Source of the DNA: Minisyncoccota bacterium
Lineage (GTDB): Bacteria; Patescibacteriota; Minisyncoccia; Phycocordibacterales; UBA9973
Length of the DNA stretch: 64,000 nt
Reading direction: 5' to 3'
Assembly (NCBI GenBank): GCA_041663005.1
Contig: JBAZRK010000001.1
Coordinates: 93,360 to 157,359, forward strand
Part shown: positions 26,576-33,877 of the stretch, piece by piece
Layout: every line of letters starts with the position of its first letter
Position numbering within the stretch: the stretch's first letter is position 1
Position numbers and translations under genes: made by a program
Notes under the pieces: generated by a model
What the model saw: the letters and a program-made list of their open reading frames with translations, nothing else
Databases searched by the model: none
What the model was told of the DNA's origin: nothing

Positions 26576-27745
26576 TTACAGGCTTAAATTTCCTGAGGCT
26601 TTAATGCTTTCTGGTTTAGGCACTCGTTTCTTGTTTTTGATAAATTGCAGGTATCCGGCGATGCCTATCATCAGTCCGTTGTCTCCAGTAAGTTCCCTGG
26701 GAGGGAAATATAGTTCGCAGGTTTTCTTAACAATTTTATTTATCTCTTTATTTAAATGTTTGTTCGCCGAAACGCCGCCAGCAACAATTAGTGTTTTAAT
26801 TCTATATTGCTCTATTGCCTTAGCAGTTTTGTAGGTCAGGCATTCTATGGCAGCATTTTCGAATTCGAGGGCTATCTGTGCCTTAGTCTCATCACTTATT
26901 TCTTCTGCACCGCCTAAGTCGCGAACTAAATAGAGCACTGCTGTTTTGAGCCCAGAGAACGAGAATTTAAAATCTTTAGTTCGTAGCATCGGCCGAGGGA
27001 GTGAAAACGGCAGAGCTTGCTTTTCCGAAGCACGAATATTTTTCTGCTGAAAAATTCCTCGTGCTCGCGCCGTCGCGCTCGCAAGTCTTCGCAAAAGCAA
27101 GCTCTGCCTCACGCGCTCTTCTTCCGCAAGCTTTGAAATTTGCGGACCGCCTGGGTAGGGCAGACCGAGCATCCGTGCCACCTTGTCGAAAGCTTCACCC
27201 ACAGCGTCATCAAGCGTTTCGCCTATAATTTCGTACTGCATCCATTTTTTCGAAAATACCAACTGTGTGTGTCCACCGGAAACGAGGAGCGCCAGGAGCG
27301 GAGTTTTAATTTTAGGAATTTTGAAAGTCCCGGTATTTTTCCCAAAGGCTGAGAGCAGGTGCCCCTCCATATGGTTTACGGGGATGAGCGGTATGCCCCA
27401 CTTCTTCGCCAAGTCCTGGGCGAAGACAATTCCAGTCCAAAGTGCTGGTTCAAGCCCCGGTCCATAGGTGACAGCAATGGCGTCCACCGGCACTTTCTTT
27501 TTCGCAAGTTTTGCTTTTTTTAGCGCTTGATCTAGGACCAAGGGCAAATTTTTTATATGTTCTCGCTTGGCGAGAGCAGGGAAGACGCCACCATAAGGAA
27601 TGTGGACATCAATTTGTGACGATATGTGGTGCGCGAGAACCTTTCCGCTTACCGTGGAATTCCCACGAGTTGAGAAAGATCCTTTCATTTCTAGGATTGC
27701 GATACTCGTCTCATCGCAACTCGTTTCAATTGAAAGTATTTTCAT
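26576..27745 (-). CDS. tsaD: tRNA t6A37 threonylcarbamoyltransferase TsaD
   Basis: IETSCDETS, GPGL, HMEGH, VSGGHT, DDAVGEAFDK, FSFSGLKT, GGVSAN. Confidence 0.95.
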   Translation of the reverse strand: MKILSIETSCDETSIAILEMKGSFSTRGNSTVSGKVLAHHISSQIDVHIPYGGVFPALAKREHIKNLPLVLDQALKKAKLAKKKVPVDAIAVTYGPGLEPALWTGIVFAQDLAKKWGIPLIPVNHMEGHLLSAFGKNTGTFKIPKIKTPLLALLVSGGHTQLVFSKKWMQYEIIGETLDDAVGEAFDKVARMLGLPYPGGPQISKLAEEERVRQSLLLRRLASATARARGIFQQKNIRASEKQALPFSLPRPMLRTKDFKFSFSGLKTAVLYLVRDLGGAEEISDETKAQIALEFENAAIECLTYKTAKAIEQYRIKTLIVAGGVSANKHLNKEINKIVKKTCELYFPPRELTGDNGLMIGIAGYLQFIKNKKRVPKPESIKASGNLSL

Positions 27746-27766
27746 AAGTGGTAATATAAAACGAAT

Positions 27767-27839
27767 GCGCGGTTAGCTCAGTTGGTAGAGCGACCCCTTG
27801 ACGTGGGGTAGGCCACAGGTTCGAATCCTGTATCGCGCA
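27767..27839 (+). tRNA. tRNA-Val(GAC)
   Basis: ACCCC-TT-GAC-GT-GGGGT anticodon arm; GGTTCGAATCC. Confidence 0.95.
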
Positions 27840-27848
27840 CTAGTTTTA

Positions 27849-29078
27849 TTACATCTTCGCCTTAATTCTTTCAAGCGCTAGGATGAAAGCTGCGGCGCGC
27901 ATATTCGTTTTGAGTTCTTGAGATTTTTCAAATATTTTTTTCGCTGAGTCGTCGAGTATTGGCTGTAGTTTCGCGTTAACTTCCGCTTCAGTCCAGTGTT
28001 CACCTTTGAGATTTTGCTCCCATTCGAAACAAGAAACAGTGACTCCGCCGGAGTTCGCCAAAACATCCGGGATTACGGGGATATTTCTCTTGAACAATAT
28101 TTCATCAGCTTCCGGAGTGGTCGGCCCGTTGGCGAGTTCGAGTATTACTTTTGTCTTCACTTTCTCTACACTAGTTTCGGTGATTTGGTTTTCGAGTGCG
28201 GCGGGGATTAAGAGATCGCATTCTGTTGCCAAGAGCTCAGCGTTGCTTATGTCCTTGGCTCCTGGGAAGCTTGTGAGTAACCCTGTCTTTTTCTTATGTT
28301 CGAATAATGCTTCGATGTCGAGCCCCTCAGGGTTATAAATTGCTCCATCGGAATTTGAAACAGCAATAACTTTATGCCCTTCCTTGTGCCAAATTTTAGC
28401 AGCGAAGCCACCGACGTTGCCGAAGCCTTGCACGACCACACTGCACTTTTCTGGAAGATTTAATTCCTTTCGGAGAGATTCGAATACATAGTATCCACCC
28501 TGGGCAGTTGCTGGTCCGCGTCCTTCTGAGCCACCTTGTTCAATAGGCTTGCCGGTAAATGTTGCGCGAGTTTTATCCCCAGTGATTTTCTCAAATTCAT
28601 CCGCCATCCAGGCCATTATTTCGGGAGTGGTGTTAACGTCAGGCGCTGGCACGTCCTTCTTCGGCCCCAAGACATCGGCGAGCTTCTTAACCCAGCCACG
28701 TGAGAGTCTTTCAAGTTCACCTTTAGACAGTTTCGACGGGTCGACAGTTATGCCACCCTTGCCTCCGCCCATGGGGATTCCGGCTACGGCGCACTTGATA
28801 GCCATCCAGAAGGCGAGAGCCTTCACTTCATTTATTTCCGTGTCATGGTGGTAACGGATGCCGCCTTTGTAGGGCCCGAGAGCGTTGTTGAATTCGACTC
28901 GATAACCTTCGAAAATTCGGAGAGAGCCGTCATCCATCTTGACCGGAATAGAAATCCGGATATCTCTATCCGGTTGTCGCATACGAGAAACGAATTCGTC
29001 TCCGAAGCTGGCAAGCTTGGAGGCTTTGTCTAGCTGCGCCATCGCGTTCTCAAAAGGATTCTTCATATTTTTTATCAA
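27849..29078 (-). CDS. gdhA: Glu/Leu/Phe/Val dehydrogenase (glutamate dehydrogenase)
   Basis: GPYKGGIR, GGGKGG, DVPAPDV, QGFGNVG, ANGP, NSGGV. Confidence 0.92.
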   Translation of the reverse strand: MIKNMKNPFENAMAQLDKASKLASFGDEFVSRMRQPDRDIRISIPVKMDDGSLRIFEGYRVEFNNALGPYKGGIRYHHDTEINEVKALAFWMAIKCAVAGIPMGGGKGGITVDPSKLSKGELERLSRGWVKKLADVLGPKKDVPAPDVNTTPEIMAWMADEFEKITGDKTRATFTGKPIEQGGSEGRGPATAQGGYYVFESLRKELNLPEKCSVVVQGFGNVGGFAAKIWHKEGHKVIAVSNSDGAIYNPEGLDIEALFEHKKKTGLLTSFPGAKDISNAELLATECDLLIPAALENQITETSVEKVKTKVILELANGPTTPEADEILFKRNIPVIPDVLANSGGVTVSCFEWEQNLKGEHWTEAEVNAKLQPILDDSAKKIFEKSQELKTNMRAAAFILALERIKAKM

Positions 29079-29127
29079 AAAAATAAAATTGTAATGTCCG
29101 AATTATAGCACAACGGCAAGTCGCCAC

Positions 29128-29880
29128 TTAAATACGACCCACTTTCTCTAAAATTTCAAGTTCTTCTTTTGAGTTGGCGCCCAGCGCTTCCCGGGGGTTT
29201 ACTTCAATACTCCCAATTTTCTCATTCGTGGCGGAAGTCTCTTCCCAGAGGTCGGTGAGGTAGTACTCATTCTGGACATTTTTCTCTCTATCGATCTTTT
29301 GCAAGTTTTCCCAGAGCCAGGAAGCCTTGAAAGCAAAGCAGGAGACATTCACTTCTTTAATTTTTTTCTCTTCCTCTGTCGCGTCGCGATATTCGCGGTC
29401 GATAATTTTGTCCCCTTGGCGGAGGATTCGCCCGTACATTGTGAAGCCCTTGCGCCAGTCTTCGAAGTCTGGCAAGACGGCTGTGGTTATGGTGAGTGTG
29501 GCATTAGACTCAATGTGCTTGCGCAATAAATTTTTAATAGTGTCGGGTGTTATGAAAGGCTGGTCGCCGGAAATTACTATAATGTTCTCCGCATCTCCGC
29601 AAGCCTCCTTCGCGGCGAGGACTGCGTGCCCGGTGCCCAGCTGTTCTTCCTGAACAGCGTACTCATATTTATCTCCGAGCTCTTGCATCACCAAGTCGCG
29701 GCGGTAGCCTACGACCACGATTGGCCTTTCATCTATTCCAGCTTGGTCGACGGAGTCGAGTAAATGCTTAACCAAGGGTTTGCCGTGAAGAGAGGCGAGC
29801 GCCTTCGGCAATTCGCTTTTCATCCGAGTGCCCTTGCCTCCGGCCAAGACAACAATCCTCGTTTTCGATGAATTTTCCAT
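29128..29880 (-). CDS. GlmU-like nucleotidyltransferase (N-terminal domain only)
   Basis: LAGGKGTRMKS.LPK, QEEQLGTGHAV, GDQP, QNEYYLTD; no left-handed beta-helix. Confidence 0.85.
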   Translation of the reverse strand: MENSSKTRIVVLAGGKGTRMKSELPKALASLHGKPLVKHLLDSVDQAGIDERPIVVVGYRRDLVMQELGDKYEYAVQEEQLGTGHAVLAAKEACGDAENIIVISGDQPFITPDTIKNLLRKHIESNATLTITTAVLPDFEDWRKGFTMYGRILRQGDKIIDREYRDATEEEKKIKEVNVSCFAFKASWLWENLQKIDREKNVQNEYYLTDLWEETSATNEKIGSIEVNPREALGANSKEELEILEKVGRI

Positions 29881-29904
29881 GTTTGTTGATTATACTAAGA
29901 GTTA

Positions 29905-29933
29905 TTGCCAAATGTCCAGTTTAATGTTATAAA
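29905..29933 (+). promoter_or_regulatory. sigma70-type promoter of GC-rich unit 1
   Basis: TTGCCA-17 nt-TATAAA. Confidence 0.55.
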
Positions 29934-29983
29934 AATGTCGGAACTCGCCACGCAGAGTGGTGAGTCAACGGAGGAGAGAAACA

Positions 29984-30544
29984 ATGAGACGACGCATCAT
30001 TGTGATTCACAACTGCGATTACAAGTCAGCGGAAATCCAGGATGTCCTCTGGCGCGCGGACGCCGATGCGCGCTGGATCACGAGTAAATATGCCGAGGAG
30101 GTGGGGTTCTGGAAGGGAAGGACACCTCCTACTGGACACAAGGCTCTCGCGGTCGTCGTGTTCCTCGTCGACGATGTCATCGTCGACCAGTTCGTCAGCC
30201 CGCGGAGGCAGGAGCTCGAGGTCTTCGTCCGTAGCTGGGTCAACCCCGACTACGGAAAGGACGACGAGCGCAGCACCGCGGCTCCGAGCGCCGAACATCT
30301 CGAGAGGATGCGCCAGATCGAGGCGTCGCCTGTTCGCTCGAACCACGTGCCGCACCTGAGCGCCACGGAGATGGCCACGGACCACGACGGCATCGCGACT
30401 GTCGTCCACCCGTCGACGCGCATCGAAGTGCCGCCCCCGCCGCGCCCCGACCGGCGGGAGATGTCCGTCCACACCTGGGAGGAGGATGCGAGACAGGAAG
30501 CGCCCGTCCGCATCAACTCTGACGCCCGTAAGATCACCGGCTAG
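29984..30544 (+). CDS. GC-rich orphan protein (unit 1), possibly thioredoxin-like N-terminal half without CxxC
   Basis: SD GGAGGAGAGA upstream of ATG 29984; high GC3. Confidence 0.7.
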   Translation: MRRRIIVIHNCDYKSAEIQDVLWRADADARWITSKYAEEVGFWKGRTPPTGHKALAVVVFLVDDVIVDQFVSPRRQELEVFVRSWVNPDYGKDDERSTAAPSAEHLERMRQIEASPVRSNHVPHLSATEMATDHDGIATVVHPSTRIEVPPPPRPDRREMSVHTWEEDARQEAPVRINSDARKITG

Positions 30545-30559
30545 CGGTCGCGCCAGAGA

Positions 30560-30696
30560 ACCCCGCCGTGACGTTTGTTAGGTCACGGCGGGGGAGGCCA
30601 AGTTCCTTTTCACAATTTTTTTCGTTTTACTTCTCTCGAGCCGCTGGCTCGTAATTATCGAGCCTTTGCGGACTAGAGACTGCACTGGCTCTTTTT
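30560..30696 (+). repeat. conserved 3' element copy 1 (identical 46-bp core 30560-30605 plus two further hairpins)
   Basis: ACCCCGCCGTGACGTTTGTTAGGTCACGGCGGGGGAGGCCAAGTTC, identical in three places. Confidence 0.95.
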
Positions 30697-30784
30697 CGTA
30701 ATAGTAGCGTGATTTTTTAGTAGTGCTATAATTTAAATATTAACAATAAATAAAAAATTTATGCCCTCAGAAGGAGATAACCCA

Positions 30785-31051
30785 ATGACAGCTCGCCAAC
30801 CGGAACATAAAAAGCTATTGCCGCAGCGTGGGCAATTGCTACAGCTAAGCAGCGGGTTTGACAGTCGACGGACTGATTTAGCAACCTACGGCAGAGACCC
30901 CTATTTGGTCTTGGAAGTTGTCGGCGACAAAGTCCACGTACGCAATGCTGATGGCCAGGAAGTGGATATACCCTTATCAAAGGTATCTTTACACTCATTA
31001 ACAGACAGCGAGCATTATATAAAGACGCACTTCCCAGATTTTAAGAAATAA
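30785..31051 (+). CDS. small hypothetical protein, possibly SH3/KOW-like
   Basis: SD AAGGAG, beta-rich YLVLEVVGDKVHVRNADGQEVDIP, own terminator. Confidence 0.6.
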   Translation: MTARQPEHKKLLPQRGQLLQLSSGFDSRRTDLATYGRDPYLVLEVVGDKVHVRNADGQEVDIPLSKVSLHSLTDSEHYIKTHFPDFKK

Positions 31052-31063
31052 TTTTGAGTTATT

Positions 31064-31092
31064 GAAACGGCTCAACACTGTTGAGCCGTTTC
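31064..31092. terminator. intrinsic terminator hairpin
   Basis: GAAACGGCTCAACA-C-TGTTGAGCCGTTTC. Confidence 0.7.
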
Positions 31093-31156
31093 TCGTTTGC
31101 GGCAGCAGAACCTCGCGGAACATAAAAAGTCTTCGAGGCTTTTTCATTTTCCCAAG

Positions 31157-31185
31157 TTGACAGAACGCCCTAAAGTAGGTAATTT
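31157..31185 (+). promoter_or_regulatory. sigma70-type promoter of GC-rich unit 2
   Basis: TTGACA-17 nt-TAATTT; begins TTGACAGAAC like the unit 3 promoter. Confidence 0.6.
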
Positions 31186-31202
31186 ATGTGCAGGAGGAAG
31201 CG

Positions 31203-31418
31203 ATGGACAGCCACATTCGAATTACGCTGCCGGAATGGAATCACCGCGGTGTGGTCGAGCAGGTTGCCAAGCTCCTCGACCGACCCGTTGTCATCGTGAC
31301 ATGGGACGTAAAGTCCCTCACGATTAAGTCTAACGAAGCCCCCTTCAGTGGGAAAGACGTGGTGCGGGTTCAGAAAGATCTCGGTTTCACCGCCGAGATG
31401 CTCTACGAGCCCATCTAG
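31203..31418 (+). CDS. GC-rich orphan small protein (unit 2, gene 1), HMA/CopZ-like pattern without Cys
   Basis: SD AGGAGG; IRITLPEWNHRGVVEQVAKLL...SGKDVVRVQKDLGFTAE. Confidence 0.65.
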   Translation: MDSHIRITLPEWNHRGVVEQVAKLLDRPVVIVTWDVKSLTIKSNEAPFSGKDVVRVQKDLGFTAEMLYEPI

Positions 31419-31432
31419 GAGGAGAGAGAAGC

Positions 31433-31708
31433 ATGAAAGCTCTGATGAAGGTCGGGATGATTCCCGACAAAACCCCGTTTGAGACCGCGGAAGCAGTTCG
31501 CGATCTCTTCGGTCGCAGTACTCGCCTCGTCTCGACCGACGAGGAAAAGAGGGAGGTTGTCTTGCAGTCGCTGACAATTCCCTTCTGCAAGGAGGATGCG
31601 GCGTCGGTGCGCCGCAATCTCAAGGTGGCCGCCGAGATGCTCGGAAAGCCGGAGGTGCCGGCCGCCGAAGCCAATGATGAACCCCACGTTCACCCGTGGG
31701 TCGACTAA
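31433..31708 (+). CDS. GC-rich orphan small protein (unit 2, gene 2)
   Basis: SD AGGAGGAG, tight operon spacing. Confidence 0.65.
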   Translation: MKALMKVGMIPDKTPFETAEAVRDLFGRSTRLVSTDEEKREVVLQSLTIPFCKEDAASVRRNLKVAAEMLGKPEVPAAEANDEPHVHPWVD

Positions 31709-31719
31709 GGAGGAGAAAG

Positions 31720-31977
31720 ATGTACATCACAGTTCGGAGTAACAGTGCAGAAATCGCTGAGGCTCGTCTTCTTCAGTCAGCCGTTTCCCGGCGGCTGGGG
31801 AAAGCGCTCATCTGGGCGCGTCTCGGCAGGGCAATCGTCATTTTCGGGCACAAGCAGGAGGACCAGCTCACCCCCGGAGACGTGCAGCTCCTCAACGGCG
31901 ACAAGAGGTTTGTCGCCCATGAGAGCACTGAGGAGGAGCTGAGCCGTTCGGGGCTGAGGATCCCGCAGGCTTCGTAG
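31720..31977 (+). CDS. GC-rich orphan small protein (unit 2, gene 3), possibly ferredoxin/ACT-like fold
   Basis: SD AAGGAGGAG before ATG 31720. Confidence 0.65.
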   Translation: MYITVRSNSAEIAEARLLQSAVSRRLGKALIWARLGRAIVIFGHKQEDQLTPGDVQLLNGDKRFVAHESTEEELSRSGLRIPQAS

Positions 31978-31992
31978 TCCTCCTTCCAGAGC

Positions 31993-32121
31993 ACCCCGCC
32001 GTGACGTTTGTTAGGTCACGGCGGGGGAGGCCAAGTTCTTTCAACAACAAGAAATTTTTTTCTCGAGCCACTCGGCTCGAACATCGAGCCTTGTGGACCG
32101 GAAACGCTTCACGAGGCTTTT
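31993..32121 (+). repeat. conserved 3' element copy 2 (46-bp core 31993-32038)
   Basis: Identical core, then CGAGCC/GGCTCG hairpin and AGCC...GGCT-TTT hairpin. Confidence 0.95.
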
Positions 32122-32128
32122 CTTATTT

Positions 32129-32560
32129 TTAGACCATAGTTAACTTCGCGCCCTTTTTCAAATACCAAATCGAAAGAATAAAAAGCAAAATATAAAAAAC
32201 GAGGCCATAAGCGCACGTAGGCAGACCCAAGCTATACTCCGTCCCGCCTGCAAGGAGTTTCCCAATTTCCGGTACAGTAAAATATCCGGCAAAGAGAATT
32301 CCAAGCCCAGATACTGTGCCAATAATTTTCAACATAGATTTTTCTTCAATCGTCTTCACCAGACCCAAGAGAGCGGTAAGGAAAATAATTAGAAACATTC
32401 CAAAGCCGAAATAACAAGCTGGGTAACCTAGGAAATAAGGGCAAGGTTCAGATAGCGCACAAGTGGATGTGAAAAATTTGACCCCACTAAGATAACCCGA
32501 AAACAATAACCCCGCGAGCCCGAGCCAAAACATAGTTTTAGCATAATTTAAGGTTTTCAT
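32129..32560 (-). CDS. VKOR/DsbB-like 4-TM membrane protein
   Basis: TCALSEPCPYFLGYPACYFG and LPTCAYG cysteine pattern in a 4-TM protein. Confidence 0.55.
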   Translation of the reverse strand: MKTLNYAKTMFWLGLAGLLFSGYLSGVKFFTSTCALSEPCPYFLGYPACYFGFGMFLIIFLTALLGLVKTIEEKSMLKIIGTVSGLGILFAGYFTVPEIGKLLAGGTEYSLGLPTCAYGLVFYILLFILSIWYLKKGAKLTMV

Positions 32561-32621
32561 AAGCGTATTATATCACGTAAAGTCCACAGAAATTTGCTAG
32601 CTTTATGTGATTTTTATCAAT

Positions 32622-32650
32622 TTGACAGAACCGTTTTTGTGATGTAATTT
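32622..32650 (+). promoter_or_regulatory. sigma70-type promoter of GC-rich unit 3
   Basis: TTGACA-17 nt-TAATTT. Confidence 0.6.
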
Positions 32651-32702
32651 AAGTGCGGGAGGATTCGGCATGATCATTTTGGTCTTGAGGGGGGAAGTGG
32701 CG

Positions 32703-32975
32703 ATGTCTCGCACGGTCGTGGAAATTCTGCAGGGGGTGGATATCCGCCTCTCTATTTCAGGGGATTGGTTGGACAGAATGCATCACCAGGATGCGCTCAT
32801 CAACCAAAAAATCGTCGTGAGCCCCAACAACATAGCTTACCCCCGCCTGTTTGTGGCACAGGGAGGGGTTACGGAGTTTGCCGCGTATGCGGTAACCGAC
32901 ACGATGGCCCGGCAGGCCATCGAGCTCAACAGTGCCCTCGCCAAGCGAGCGAGGTTGCAGGAGGCAGAGAGATGA
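32703..32975 (+). CDS. GC-rich orphan small protein (unit 3, gene 1)
   Basis: SD GAGGGGGG before ATG 32703; ATGA overlap with next gene. Confidence 0.6.
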   Translation: MSRTVVEILQGVDIRLSISGDWLDRMHHQDALINQKIVVSPNNIAYPRLFVAQGGVTEFAAYAVTDTMARQAIELNSALAKRARLQEAER

Positions 32976-33229
32976 AGAAGGTCACCATCAGCGGAGTTTC
33001 CCGGCAGCTTGCCATCGGCGCGCTCGAGCTCATCCTTGACCTCGTCCCCGGCGCAACGTCCGTCGCGTGGGGGGACGACAAGGTCGTCGTCGTCACCGAC
33101 GACGTCGAAGTCGAGGCTCTGGCAACCCTCGCCGTGGCATACGGTGAGGACGAGGGGCTCTCCATCGAAGAGATCGAAGAGATCCTCCCGCCGCGGCCGT
33201 ATGTGCCCTCCGACGCCCCGCACTGCTAG
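32972..33229 (+). CDS. GC-rich orphan small acidic protein (unit 3, gene 2), HMA-like pattern without Cys
   Basis: SD AGGAGG; MKKVTISGVSRQLAIGALELILDLVPGATSV...KVVVVTDDVEVEAL. Confidence 0.65.
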   Translation: MKKVTISGVSRQLAIGALELILDLVPGATSVAWGDDKVVVVTDDVEVEALATLAVAYGEDEGLSIEEIEEILPPRPYVPSDAPHC

Positions 33230-33243
33230 TGCGGGGCCGCGGA

Positions 33244-33375
33244 ACCCCGCCGTGACGTTTGTTAGGTCACGGCGGGGGAGGCCAAGTTCTTTCAACAAAT
33301 TTTTTTTCTTTTCCCCGAACCCGGTTTCCGAGGTTCGTATCAAGAGCCTCAATGGAAATCCTTTGCGGCTCTTTT
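33244..33375 (+). repeat. conserved 3' element copy 3 (46-bp core 33244-33289)
   Basis: Identical core, then CGAACC/GGTTCG hairpin and GAGCC...GGCTC-TTTT. Confidence 0.95.
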
Positions 33376-33471
33376 CAATTCTAATTTCTTTTCTTATTGA
33401 TTTAAATTAAAAATTTTGTATTATGAAATCGGCTAGTACCCTCGCAAGAGGCTAAGCCGGGAGGGCATTCG

Positions 33472-33690
33472 ATGACCAAGACGGTTGAAGTAGCTCCCGA
33501 GCAGTTTCCCGACCCGCACAATGTGCGGGAAAACGCGCTGAACGCGCTGTCGGCTTCGCCGACACCTCAGGCCGTGCGTGGCCACCTGCCTCGCCGGGAG
33601 AGGAGGGCGGTTCATCGGGAACTCGTCTACACGAGTGACCGGCAGCAGCCCCACCCGGATCTCCACGATCCGGGAAGACTCCCGAAGTAG
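33472..33690 (+). CDS. GC-rich orphan small protein (unit 4)
   Basis: SD GGGAGGG; LPRRERRAVHREL resembles an R3H motif; followed by hairpins. Confidence 0.5.
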   Translation: MTKTVEVAPEQFPDPHNVRENALNALSASPTPQAVRGHLPRRERRAVHRELVYTSDRQQPHPDLHDPGRLPK

Positions 33691-33742
33691 AGACCATCGC
33701 GGCGAGAGTCCTAACCTCTCGTCGCACCCTTAACACCGAAAC

Positions 33743-33770
33743 AAAAGACGCCCAGTTAGGGCGTCTTTTG
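33743..33770. terminator. intrinsic terminator
   Basis: AAAAGACGCCC-AGTTA-GGGCGTCTTTT. Confidence 0.7.
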
Positions 33771-33805
33771 CATTTAAGCTTAAAAATGTTATGATATTTT
33801 CCATT

Positions 33806-33877
33806 GGCCCTATCGTCTAACGGTTAGGACATCGGCTTTTCAAGCCGGTAATCCGGGTTCGATTCCCGGTAGGGTCA
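33806..33877 (+). tRNA. tRNA-Glu(TTC), integration site of the island
   Basis: TCGGC-TT-TTC-AA-GCCGG anticodon arm; GGTTCGATTCC. Confidence 0.95.

Noticed and set aside
30560-30605. 46-mer as a simple rho-independent terminator
   Set aside because: The stem is followed by an invariant GAGGCCAAGTTC rather than a U-run, the loop is invariant, and a proper terminator lies about 90 nt downstream in each copy.
30560-33289. 46-bp identical repeats as a CRISPR array
   Set aside because: Spacing is 1.25-1.43 kb with whole genes between copies, and there are no cas genes in the window.
30560-33289. Repeats as integron attC sites (contain GTTAGGT = GTTRRRY)
   Set aside because: GTTAGGT sits in the hairpin loop, there is no matching RYYYAAC inverse core, the units have their own promoters and terminators, and no IntI is present.
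29905-33736. Many overlapping alternative-frame and antisense ORFs in the GC-rich zone
   Set aside because: Expected from stop-codon scarcity at high GC; only the SD-led + strand frames fit operon spacing and codon bias.
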